64,000 nt of DNA, taken from IMG/VR virus record IMGVR_UViG_3300045988_146774, positions 64,001 through 128,000 of that record; one strand, 5' to 3'. The stretch comes from a virus. Numbering within the stretch: the first letter of the stretch is position 1; every line of letters begins with the position of its first letter. The translations under genes were made by a program, and so were the position numbers. The notes under the pieces are model-generated. The model ran no database searches. It saw only the letters and a program-made list of their open reading frames with translations, and was not told the origin of the DNA. Positions 48,354 to 58,100 of this stretch are shown here, piece by piece.

Positions 48354-48566
48354 TTATCTCTCTGCTTGTATATGTTCCTTTTCAATTGTACTGGTGAATG
48401 ATAATGTTGTTTCACCTTTCTTTATATTTATATTCTCTACATTTCCAAGAATATCTCTTTCTTTAGTTGCTGAAGTCAGCGCAACTTCGTCTACATTATC
48501 TAGCGCAAGAACATTGTTACCATCATTATCTTGAAAGAACAGTGTTCCATTTTTCATTTCGTACAT
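48354..48566 (-). CDS. hypothetical protein (70 aa)
   Basis: ATG follows AAAGGAGA. No motif. Confidence 0.4.
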   Translation of the reverse strand: MYEMKNGTLFFQDNDGNNVLALDNVDEVALTSATKERDILGNVENINIKKGETTLSFTSTIEKEHIQAER

Positions 48567-48903
48567 GCTATCTCCTTTTTAATGACTGACTCTCAATTAC
48601 AAGAGTCAGCCGTTGAAACCAAAATTTCATAATTAGAAGCACGTTCATTTCCGTACTTCATGAGAGCATTCTTGTTCCTCATATGTAGGATTGCGGTATG
48701 TTCTTGAGTATTATATTCTGAATGCACAGTGTCAACTCATACGCTCATCGGTTGACTGAAGTGTTACCAACAGCCTTCACCTTTACCTTTTCACCATCTC
48801 AGGCTTTCAGTTCTTTTCACCGCATTACCGATTCATTAGTTTGATCAAGACTAATGAATGAAAATTCAATTTCACAACTAGATGTTTGCAACCATCTAAT
48901 ATA

Positions 48904-49056
48904 TTATTCTCTTTGCAAATCACTATTGTCGTTATCGACAGGCTTAAATTCAAAAGGATCTTTTTGTCCTGCTTCAACAGTATTTACGCAAGATCCGGCA
49001 ATAAATCCACATAATACAAATCCTGCTGCAAATATAATTCCTTTAATTTTCTTCAT
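48904..49056 (-). CDS. small putative lipoprotein (50 aa)
   Basis: Below the ORF-track cutoff. GGAGA RBS. MKKIKGIIFAAGFVLCGFIAGSC has a lipobox-like IAGSC. Confidence 0.45.
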   Translation of the reverse strand: MKKIKGIIFAAGFVLCGFIAGSCVNTVEAGQKDPFEFKPVDNDNSDLQRE

Positions 49057-49071
49057 AATTGTATCTCCATC

Positions 49072-49434
49072 TTAATTTATAACAGTTCCATTTTTATCAA
49101 AGCTTATTGATATGGATCCATCCATGTTCTTATATCTTGGGATATCTTCTGCCTTAATTACAATTTTCCTTGTTTTTACAAGACAATAATATGCAATAAA
49201 GAATTCATAATTAGATGAATTCGGAACTATTCTATATTCATCTTCTCCAGCTACTTGGATATCAAAGGGAACTTGCCTTCCAAGCTCTCCATCTCTGATT
49301 TCATATACTTGAATTGTATTTAATATGACATCATCTTTATGCAAATCAAAATAACGTCCTTTAAAGTAGTGTCTCATTAACAATCGTGTTATTTCTTTTG
49401 TATTTGTCATTTCTACCTCGTATTCTTCTTGCAA
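49072..49434 (-). CDS. hypothetical protein (120 aa)
   Basis: ORF in the operon. No motif. Confidence 0.45.
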   Translation of the reverse strand: MQEEYEVEMTNTKEITRLLMRHYFKGRYFDLHKDDVILNTIQVYEIRDGELGRQVPFDIQVAGEDEYRIVPNSSNYEFFIAYYCLVKTRKIVIKAEDIPRYKNMDGSISISFDKNGTVIN

Positions 49435-49610
49435 TATTTAATAATATTCTCTTTACATTTATCACAAATTCTTGCTTTGTAATTTCTTTGTACTATACAA
49501 GGGTCATCTCCACGGAATCCTAAGCCTTTCATGTCTGAAAAAACTATTGTAATACCATTGTACTTTGAAACTTCTTCTCTACAAATATCACAAACTTCAA
49601 CTACTGCCAT
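49413..49610 (-). CDS. zinc-ribbon protein (65 aa, hypothetical)
   Basis: CDIC...CDKC pair. Confidence 0.4.
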   Translation of the reverse strand: MAVVEVCDICREEVSKYNGITIVFSDMKGLGFRGDDPCIVQRNYKARICDKCKENIIKYCKKNTR

Positions 49611-49911
49611 TTACAATTTCCTCATATCTTTCGCATCTATTTTGTAATACACTAGAATAATCTTCTAATTCTGATATCTTCTCATTTAGAGTGTCCACTT
49701 TTTCTTGCAATGCATCTACTTCATCTTCGGCATCTCGCAGATAACCGTCAGATTTTTCAAGTTCTTTCTCTAACTCATAATATTCCTCGTCTGTATGAAC
49801 CGGAAGTAATTCTACAATCTTAGCAGCAAGTTCTTTATTATATTCTCCGATAAGGTTCAGGCATTTGTCTAATGTTGAAACTGATTCCCAATTATTGTTT
49901 ATGTAAATCAA
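49597..49911 (-). CDS. acidic coiled-coil protein (104 aa, hypothetical)
   Basis: Glu/Asp-rich heptad sequence. Confidence 0.4.
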   Translation of the reverse strand: MIYINNNWESVSTLDKCLNLIGEYNKELAAKIVELLPVHTDEEYYELEKELEKSDGYLRDAEDEVDALQEKVDTLNEKISELEDYSSVLQNRCERYEEIVNGSS

Positions 49912-50114
49912 TTAATCACCTCTGGTTCTTTCTCAATTTCTCTGCAAAATTCTAAGTAGTCATCCACCGCATCGTGAAATTTTTCTTCAATTTTTAAACA
50001 ATCATCTGTATGAAAATTTACAAAATCACGTATTCCTTCAATTTTACCGTAGAAAATATTATCTTCTCGATCGAATTCTATCTTTGTCCTATATCCTTTA
50101 TATTCTAAAATCAT
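49908..50114 (-). CDS. HicB-family antitoxin-like protein (N-terminal domain only)
   Basis: The start at MILEYKGY.. follows GGAGA. YKGYRTKIEFDREDNIFYGKIEGIRDFVNFHTDDCLKIEEKFHDAVDDYLEFCREIEKEPE matches the HicB-like pattern YKGY.g.vefd.ed..f.G.v.gi.d...f.g.s..el...F...vDdYl..C...gkeP. Confidence 0.6.
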   Translation of the reverse strand: MILEYKGYRTKIEFDREDNIFYGKIEGIRDFVNFHTDDCLKIEEKFHDAVDDYLEFCREIEKEPEVIN

Positions 50115-50144
50115 TATTTTTCTCCAATGAAAGCGCAGTTTCAT

Positions 50145-50366
50145 CTACTCAAAATAGCCACCAAGATACGTTTCGTTGCGCTCATTTAGACTTATTTCAT
50201 TCACTTCAAAATAGTAATCGTATTCCTTTTGCAATTCTTTTAGTGCATCGTATACATGTTCTTCATCAAATACTCCAAACATACTAATCTGAGAACCCCA
50301 TGAATCGTTGTATGTATCTGCACTTATGACATATAATTTCATTCTTCTATTAATCCTTTCTTCCAT
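50145..50366 (-). CDS. hypothetical protein (73 aa)
   Basis: ORF in the operon. It is not HicA-like. Confidence 0.4.
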   Translation of the reverse strand: MEERINRRMKLYVISADTYNDSWGSQISMFGVFDEEHVYDALKELQKEYDYYFEVNEISLNERNETYLGGYFE

Positions 50367-50535
50367 TTAATTTCCTACCACACCACGGGCAGTATTTGAT
50401 ATATTCTCTCTGATGTATAAATTCATCATCATACTCATCCCATTCTGAAGTTTCGATGTCTAAGTAATATTGGTTGTCCAAGGGATCAATGAAAATGCAG
50501 CATTCAGGAGAATTTTCTTCACAGTAATTACACAT
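50350..50535 (-). CDS. zinc-ribbon protein (61 aa, hypothetical)
   Basis: CNYC...CPWCG pair. Confidence 0.4.
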   Translation of the reverse strand: MCNYCEENSPECCIFIDPLDNQYYLDIETSEWDEYDDEFIHQREYIKYCPWCGRKLNGRKD

Positions 50536-50544
50536 ATGTATTCT

Positions 50545-50898
50545 CTACTCCTTCTCGCTTACAAGCTTAATCTTATATCCAAGTTTTCTTTCAATTTCTG
50601 AAATAGTCATCTCATGTTCTTTCTTACATATATTTTCATATGTAATCTTGTCATCTACGCATCTCAAATCTCCAAATCCAAGATCTACGAAAGTTCCGTA
50701 AGTTCCATAACCACACATTTCTCTAGATATTTTGATTGCATCCATATTGAACGGTAATTCAAGTTTTGCCTTACATCTATCAACAGAACTTTCTGTTTCG
50801 ATAATCACGGATAAGTTAATATAATATTTATTATCTTCTTCTACAAATTCTATATTTTCTATTTCTTTGATATTTCTATTTAATATTGAAATCTGCAA
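50545..50898 (-). CDS. hypothetical protein (117 aa)
   Basis: ORF in the operon. No motif. Confidence 0.45.
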   Translation of the reverse strand: MQISILNRNIKEIENIEFVEEDNKYYINLSVIIETESSVDRCKAKLELPFNMDAIKISREMCGYGTYGTFVDLGFGDLRCVDDKITYENICKKEHEMTISEIERKLGYKIKLVSEKE

Positions 50899-50925
50899 AA
50901 TTCTCGCCTCCTTTGGAAGAATGAT

Positions 50926-51363
50926 TTACTCATTACATGCATATGTATCTCTTACAGACACTTCCTTAATGAATCTTATAATGTCATCTATTGTTTCTTC
51001 GTCCAATAATTTACCGCTTATTGCTTTACTTCCTCCGTATTTGAACATTTTATTTTTGACATAAGAATATTCCATAAGCAATTCTTTTAACCTATCGATG
51101 CTGTTGGTGAATTCGATTTTAATAGATTCTTTTGCATATTGTTTTACTAATTTTTCTACATCTTCTTTAGAAAAATCTACTTTTACGGTTGCGATACATT
51201 GAGGTTCCGCTGTTGGTTGATCTTTAATGCGTTCAATTGCTAATAAAATTCCTTCCAAAATTTCTGGGTTGCGAACTTCTACAATGTTCATTTTCAATTC
51301 TGTCATAAGCTTGTCAGCATCAATCAATCTCATATTATCTATTATCCCTTCATTTTTACACAT
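50926..51363 (-). CDS. hypothetical protein (145 aa)
   Basis: ORF in the operon. No motif. Confidence 0.45.
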   Translation of the reverse strand: MCKNEGIIDNMRLIDADKLMTELKMNIVEVRNPEILEGILLAIERIKDQPTAEPQCIATVKVDFSKEDVEKLVKQYAKESIKIEFTNSIDRLKELLMEYSYVKNKMFKYGGSKAISGKLLDEETIDDIIRFIKEVSVRDTYACNE

Positions 51364-51393
51364 CGTTTATTATAGATATTCTCTATTCCTTGA

Positions 51394-52206
51394 TTATTTC
51401 ATTACGTTTTTTAACAACGTGACTCTTGTAAGCAATCCCACTCCTCCAGGCACAGGTGTTACATAACAACAATTACCAAAATAATCTTCAACATCTTTTT
51501 GATCAATATCTCCACATAACTTTCCGTTTTCATCTCTGTTTATACCAACATCTATAATAATAGTGTCGATGCCGAAACAAAATGAATCAAACTTCTTAGG
51601 CTTGCCAATTGCAGAAATAACGATGTCTGACATTTTCATGAAATTCTCCATGTGATATTTTTGTGTCTTACTATTACAACTAATAACTGTTGCACCTTTA
51701 TCAATAAGCATATCTACAAGTGGTTTTCCTACTATCTCGCTTCTTCCTAATACAGTTACTAATTTACCTCTTAGATCAATGTTATTAACTTCAAGCCAGT
51801 CAATAATTCCCTGTGGCGTACATGGATTATAAAGTGAATCTTTTCTAAATCCATCAACATCTTTTTCTGGACTAATAAACTGTTGTAATATTTTTATGTT
51901 GTATTTATCCGGAATAGGAAGTTGAATAATGATTCCATCAACTTCTTTAGAATTGTCTAGACCTTTAATAATTTGACATAAATCTGATTCATCAAGATTT
52001 TCATAATCTGTAATATGAATATGATTAAACTTTATACCAACATATTCACAATCTTTTCTTTTACCTTTTATATAAGAGTTACTTGCTTTATTGTCTCCAA
52101 TCTGAATTACTGTAAGGCAACGCTGTCTTAGTGAGTTTTTGCATAACTCTTTTAGTTCTTCTTTTAGACTGGCTGCATATTCTTTACATGAAATAAATTC
52201 TGTCAT
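51394..52206 (-). CDS. folD: bifunctional methylenetetrahydrofolate dehydrogenase/cyclohydrolase
   Basis: ..VIQIGDNKASNSYIKGKRK..QLPIP..DVDGF..LGRSEIVGKPL..DVGINR..YVTPVPGGVGLLT is the full FolD signature. Confidence 0.85.
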   Translation of the reverse strand: MTEFISCKEYAASLKEELKELCKNSLRQRCLTVIQIGDNKASNSYIKGKRKDCEYVGIKFNHIHITDYENLDESDLCQIIKGLDNSKEVDGIIIQLPIPDKYNIKILQQFISPEKDVDGFRKDSLYNPCTPQGIIDWLEVNNIDLRGKLVTVLGRSEIVGKPLVDMLIDKGATVISCNSKTQKYHMENFMKMSDIVISAIGKPKKFDSFCFGIDTIIIDVGINRDENGKLCGDIDQKDVEDYFGNCCYVTPVPGGVGLLTRVTLLKNVMK

Positions 52207-52209
52207 TTT

Positions 52210-52368
52210 TTATTCTCCATCGTCGATAAACTCAGTTCGTGAATATCCATTCCAATAATGCTCGTTTCCACAATACTGTTGACACACTATATCGGAATCA
52301 CATACATGGTCACATCTATTACAATTTGGTTCTTCGTCATCGACTGTGTATATTTTTACGTTACTCAT
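52210..52368 (-). CDS. Cys-rich small protein (52 aa, hypothetical)
   Basis: Below the ORF-track cutoff. MSNVKIYTVDDEEPNCNRCDHVCDSDIVCQQYCGNEHYW... Start and stop overlap the neighbouring genes. Confidence 0.4.
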   Translation of the reverse strand: MSNVKIYTVDDEEPNCNRCDHVCDSDIVCQQYCGNEHYWNGYSRTEFIDDGE

Positions 52369-52811
52369 TGTTTTTTATTCCCCTTGTAGTGTTGTGGCAA
52401 TGGCATCCAAGCCTTACACTCTCCAAAAATTCTACCCCATCTCCAGATATGTTTATCTCCATAATCTTGTATTCTTTGGACTTTTGTAACTTTTCCAGTT
52501 GCTGTCGTTACTAATACATTCAGAATTTTATTGCCTTTATAATTAAAATCTTCGGGCATTTGACCATCTTTGCAAACGATCCACGGATTATCTTCATCAT
52601 TTTCACACACAATCAGTTCAAAATACTTTTTCTTATAGTCAAGTACAATACCTAAATCATAAGAACTATAACCAATGTGATAAAAATTCTCTCCTACTTC
52701 CTTATATTTAATTTCATAATACGGCTTGTCCCCATGTATGGTTACGATAATGTCAAGACTCGTTACTTTGATTTTATTTATTTTTTCTTCTTTCTCTGAA
52801 CTCTTATCCAT
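52365..52811 (-). CDS. hypothetical protein (148 aa; C-terminus DUF551-like, tentative)
   Basis: ..PWIVCKDGQMPED...VLVTTATGKVT...AWMPLPQ resembles DUF551. Confidence 0.4.
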   Translation of the reverse strand: MDKSSEKEEKINKIKVTSLDIIVTIHGDKPYYEIKYKEVGENFYHIGYSSYDLGIVLDYKKKYFELIVCENDEDNPWIVCKDGQMPEDFNYKGNKILNVLVTTATGKVTKVQRIQDYGDKHIWRWGRIFGECKAWMPLPQHYKGNKKQ

Positions 52812-52848
52812 TTTTTATCACCTCGCTTGAAATCGACCTTTCTTTATA

Positions 52849-55173
52849 TTATTCTCTGTCTAATAATTCAACTAAGAAAGTATTTTTATTTATAACTCCG
52901 CTTGTTTTTGTTGCGTTGTATAAAGCTGTGTTTTGAGCAACTGTAATACATTCTTTTTCAGCTCTTGTCCACAATGTATAAAGAAGTTCTTTTGTTCTCA
53001 TCATAGGTGGCGTAGTATTATCGAAAGCACCTATAATAATTCGAGCAGAAGATCCTTGGTATTTATGAACGGTAGAAGCATAACCCAATATGACACCATT
53101 AATTAAATCACTGGTGCTAAAAGTCATCGTGTCATGAATCATAGGGATATAAACTTTATGAAAACCATAATCGGTTATTTCTGTTAATATTCCACACCAA
53201 CCATTGAACACTCCAGTCTTGTGTTCGCCCACTACTTTATAATTATTCTTTATACACATTACTTTGTCTCCTTCACGTAATGTATAATTTTTATCTTTAG
53301 ACTGTTTTACAACAATTTCTTTTTTATCTGGACTAGGTGGATTTATATAATTCTGAACGTCAAGATTTAAGTTAAATACGCTAGAATCTCCACGATCTTT
53401 GCATGGACATAAAATTTGTATATCCATAATATTTTTAACTATTTCACTGTCGTATTTTTCTTTAAACCATTTCATAACTTTAGAACGTGTATTTTCTGTT
53501 GTGTCAGAGATATCATAATACATGTCCTGTAATTCACCATGAACTACTTCACCTACGAAATTTTTATCTAATACAGGAATTTGATTTCGAAGCTTTAGCG
53601 AATCAGTAATAATTCCTGATTTTTGTGCCTGTCTATGTACTTTAGTCAATTCTATTGTTGTAATAAAGTTGCTATTATACAAATCAAAAGCAAGATTCAT
53701 ACATCCAATCGAAGGGAGCTGCCCCATATCTCCAAGGATAATCAATTTAGTACCATTTGGAATAGCTTTAAGCAGAGAAAGAAAAATTTCTCCACCTACC
53801 AATGAAATTTCATCAAGAATAATAATGTCATATGTTAATGGGTCATTTTCATTAAAAGCAAAACCATATGGAGGCTTGAATCCAAGAAGTCTATGAATCG
53901 TATATCCTTCTTCTCCTGTTACTTCTTGTAATCTTGCCGAAGCTTTACCTGCCAAAGCAGTTTGTGCAAATGTGTAATTTTTTAATGATTCAAGAATGCC
54001 TGATACCAAAGAACTTTTGCCTGTTCCAGCACCACCTGTAATGAAGCATACTTGCTTATCTAAACCTAATTTGATACCGGCTCTTTGTTCTTCAGTAAAC
54101 GTCCAGCCTTGCTTTATTTCTTGTTGTTTTAAAATTTCTTCCCAATCATCATACTTAAATTTATTTTCTGCTTTCGCAATTCGTTTAAGGTGCTTCGCAA
54201 TTTCTTCTTCTAATCGATAATATTTTGTTAAATACACTCTACGTTGAGATTTAGATTCATTTTCTTCAATTTGAATAATTCCATTATCCTTTAAGCCTTT
54301 AATTGCCTCATTAATATTATTCCCTATAATGTTGTCATTTTCATCTTTATAAACTTCAAGTATATTTTCTTTTCCACCAAACTCTTCAAAAATAAACGAT
54401 GTTAATTCTCCAGAAGTAATGAATGAATTACCTTCTTGAGCTTGTTCATTAAGGATATAGTTGATATAACCTTTAATTCTATCCGGGTCAGTTCTTTTTA
54501 TCCCACCTTTTAGAGCGATATCATCTGCTGTTTTAAATCCAATTCCCTCTACATCAAAACTTAGTTGGTACGGATTATTTTTAACAATTTCAATTACTTT
54601 TTGAGGATTGCTGTACTTTTTCACTAATTTTTGAATAAATTTAGGTGTTAATCCATATTTATCTAATTCAATATACATTTCACAATTATCACGATTTTCT
54701 TCAAAGCGTTCAATTATACAATTAGCAATATAATCTCCGACACCATGTACTTTCTTTAAAGATTCAATATCATGCTCTTTTATTACTTCTAAAGGATTGT
54801 CTAAAACTTTATACATTTCTTTTATCTGTATATCAGAAAGGAACGTCTTTAAAAAAGCTTTTTGATTCTTTACTTTAGATAAATCTAAATTCTTTGCAAA
54901 ATATAATAATTCATATTGCAAGCCACGATCCTGACTGTGAACTTCTTTAGCAATGATAATGTAATCATCAGCATATTCTATCTTTTCTTCATAGTTTCCT
55001 TTGACTACTATAGTTCCCCATGAATCAATATGAGGTTCACCTTCAATAACATCTATAGGATTCCAACTTACAATACCAAAATTGTTTCCACCCTCCCCAA
55101 GTACATCTGGATACTTAGGGAATAAGATACGATTCATTCTTGCTTGTATCTTAATGATATTAGAGTCCGTCAT
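52849..55173 (-). CDS. RecD2-like SF1B ATP-dependent DNA helicase
   Basis: HhH segment VHGVGDYIANCIIERF. Walker A ITGGAGTGKS. IILDEISLVG. LGDMGQLPSIG. C-terminal TVHKYQGSSARIII. The start is taken at ATG 55173 (MTDSN..). Confidence 0.8.
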   Translation of the reverse strand: MTDSNIIKIQARMNRILFPKYPDVLGEGGNNFGIVSWNPIDVIEGEPHIDSWGTIVVKGNYEEKIEYADDYIIIAKEVHSQDRGLQYELLYFAKNLDLSKVKNQKAFLKTFLSDIQIKEMYKVLDNPLEVIKEHDIESLKKVHGVGDYIANCIIERFEENRDNCEMYIELDKYGLTPKFIQKLVKKYSNPQKVIEIVKNNPYQLSFDVEGIGFKTADDIALKGGIKRTDPDRIKGYINYILNEQAQEGNSFITSGELTSFIFEEFGGKENILEVYKDENDNIIGNNINEAIKGLKDNGIIQIEENESKSQRRVYLTKYYRLEEEIAKHLKRIAKAENKFKYDDWEEILKQQEIKQGWTFTEEQRAGIKLGLDKQVCFITGGAGTGKSSLVSGILESLKNYTFAQTALAGKASARLQEVTGEEGYTIHRLLGFKPPYGFAFNENDPLTYDIIILDEISLVGGEIFLSLLKAIPNGTKLIILGDMGQLPSIGCMNLAFDLYNSNFITTIELTKVHRQAQKSGIITDSLKLRNQIPVLDKNFVGEVVHGELQDMYYDISDTTENTRSKVMKWFKEKYDSEIVKNIMDIQILCPCKDRGDSSVFNLNLDVQNYINPPSPDKKEIVVKQSKDKNYTLREGDKVMCIKNNYKVVGEHKTGVFNGWCGILTEITDYGFHKVYIPMIHDTMTFSTSDLINGVILGYASTVHKYQGSSARIIIGAFDNTTPPMMRTKELLYTLWTRAEKECITVAQNTALYNATKTSGVINKNTFLVELLDRE

Positions 55174-58100
55174 TTTCACCAATCCTTTCTGATTGAAGCT
55201 TTAATTCACCTTTTTCATTAATATCTGTAATTAACTGCAATGTATGTCTATAAGCAGAATCTGCATATTTCTTTGGAACGAATTGTTCTTCACGCCTATA
55301 ACCGGTTACAAGAAGCTTGTTCCCTCTACCAAACCATGATTTTTCGAGAACCGTTTTTGTTCCATCTTCATTTAATTCAGATATTTGTTTGTCATAAAAA
55401 CTAAATTGACCTTTGTAGAATTTAATTGTCACAACTCCTGAAGGAGTAAGTAGTGTAACCATATGTTTATTTTTATCTTTGTCTAACACTGTTCCGCAAA
55501 TTCTTGTAAGCTTAAAGCGTGGTTTCTCCTGTCCACGATATACATAATATTCAGAAATTTGCGGTTCTTCAGGCAAAGTTGAGAAATCAGATATTAGATA
55601 TTCTTCTTTATTAACATGAGCTAATTCGTGTTCATGATAATAATAACTAAGTGAGTCCATTTCCCATTTGGAAATATTACCTTCGACCTTTTCATTCCAC
55701 TTTGTTACAAAACGATTTTCATTAACTGCTTGTAGCATTTCAGGTTTCTTTAATATATTCTCTTCAAATGATTTCATTAATTTCTTAAATTCACGATCGA
55801 TACTTCCTCTTTTTACTAGAATTCTTCCATCATCAGAATATTTGTAGTCCTTGTCTTCTTGCATGTTGGTTTCAAAATGCTCAAAGAAAAATGGTTCTGC
55901 AAATTGTTGATCAAGTTGATAAAAATAAGTATTTTGTGATTTTCCAGCTTTTTCTTTTAAGAATTTACTTTGAAGGATATATTTCCTAAATTTTACTAAT
56001 CGTAATTCATACTGCTCTTGTTCTTTCGTTAATAAACCCAGTTCATGCAGAACAAAAATTGAGTCAATCTGCAAAGTTTTTAATGGTTTTGATATTTGAC
56101 GAATATAATCCTTCATAATATCTTCTCTTTTTTTATTCTCTAAATGATCAAAAGCACCTGCTTTGATAAGTGTAATTACCGCACTTTCTCCGAATTTATT
56201 CTCTTTCGCAAGTGTTTTATATTTTTCTATTTTTTCAAGGAAATTATTTAGACTTGTATATGGACGATTAGATATAATTGCTTGAGCTTCTGTATCACCA
56301 ATTCCAGAAATTCCTTTTAGACCAAAAAGAATTATATTGTCACGTTCTTCCGGTTTAAAACCAAAACCTGATTCATTAATATCCGGCACTTCAACTGTTG
56401 TTCCTGTATTTTGGAATTTTCCAATCGCTGTTGCAATTTTTCCATAATTCGTAGTTTTTTTGTTGCCTTCTAAGCTACCAGAATCTACAATTAAATTAGC
56501 TGTGTTCCAATATATAATTGGATAACGATAGCATAAATTTAATTCTTGTAGACCTATTAATGAATATGCGAGTGTATGCGATCGATTAAATCCGTACCCT
56601 CGCTGCGTTCTAATAAGAACATTCCACACATAATTTGTTAAATTCTCGTCCAAATGCTTGTCTTTAGCATTCTGAAAGAATTCTTTTTGCAATTGTTCGA
56701 AATCCTGTGGTTTCTTTTTTGCAACAGCTTTTCGTAATTTATCACCCCAAGCAAGTGAAAATCCTCCAATTTTGGGATGCATAGTAAGAAGAATTAAATA
56801 CTCTTGAGCTTCACAAATTCCGCAAGATACACTTAATATATCTTTTAATATTTCTTGATCTTCTGGCTTTACTCCATGCTCATCCATCTCGTTATACCAT
56901 TCTGTTATATTTTTCTTGAAACGAGCATACTTTTCTAAAGGGGATTCCCCTTCGTCATCAGCCATAAGTCTCATAACCGAATTAATGGTAGCAAGATCAT
57001 CGACTGATTCCGGCTTTGTTAAAGCTACCGCTTGAATACCACTTTGTTTCTCCATCTGAAAAAATGACATAATTTCACGATTCCAAAGCATTTTCCACAT
57101 ATCTTTGTTATCACGTTCAAGATTATAAATGCCTATGCAATGTTCGTAGGTTTCTTTTAAAGTGGGATATTTCTTTATTTTTCCATACTCTACCAAAAGA
57201 TTTAAGCATGTATTAATCTTGTCTAATCCTTCAGTAGCAAGTAAATCTACTTTAATAAGTGATACGTCTTCACATTCGTGTAAGTCATATTGAGTAATAA
57301 TTTCTCCAGAATTCGTTTTCATTAAAGCAGTGGTTTTTGTAAAAGGCTCATCTACAATAATTACTCCACCTGCATGAGATCCACATCCATTAACCACGCC
57401 TTCAATCTTTTGAGCAACTTCCCATAATTCCGGATATTTATTCATTTCGTTACGAAACGTAGTATCTGGAGCATAATCCTTATCACCATAATACATTTGC
57501 GTTAAGGTTCGTAATTGTCCTCTATCCGAAATAATCAAAGACGATAAATAAATTGCAATATCATCATTAATTCCCAACCCTCTTGCAGCGGTTTGAATTG
57601 CACTTTTACTTTTTTCAGTATTTAAGGTAAGCACTTTACTTACTCTATCATGCCCATAAGTATCTTTAATTGCATTAATTACTTCATCTCGTTTACTACT
57701 GCATACATCGACATCAATATCAAGAACTGATGCTCTTTCCGGATTAAGGAACCTCCAACTATATGTTTTAGTTTTTTCTCGCAGAGGATTAATTTGTGTG
57801 ATTCCAAGCATATACAGAAGAATGAATCCAACACCTGAGCCTCGACCAGGGCAGACTAAACTTTTCGTCCATGCTATATCAACATAATCTGCAATTTGTA
57901 AAAGATAAGCTGACCAAGGAACTTTCATTTTTTCTGAACTTGTTTTAATAGAATTAAGACACTCCGTAACTGCATCATATGTTTTTTGATTTTGAAATTG
58001 TTTGTCTTTACTAAAGGCATTTAGAAGTCTTGACACCATATGTCTATCAGATGGTTCTTTTGATTCGCTAAAATATTTTAAGAGAGGAACTTTTTCATAA

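Noticed and set aside
48854-49075. 73-aa + strand ORF in the early region.
   Set aside because: It is antisense to a better-supported small lipoprotein ORF (RBS plus lipobox), and it lies on the opposite strand to all surrounding genes.
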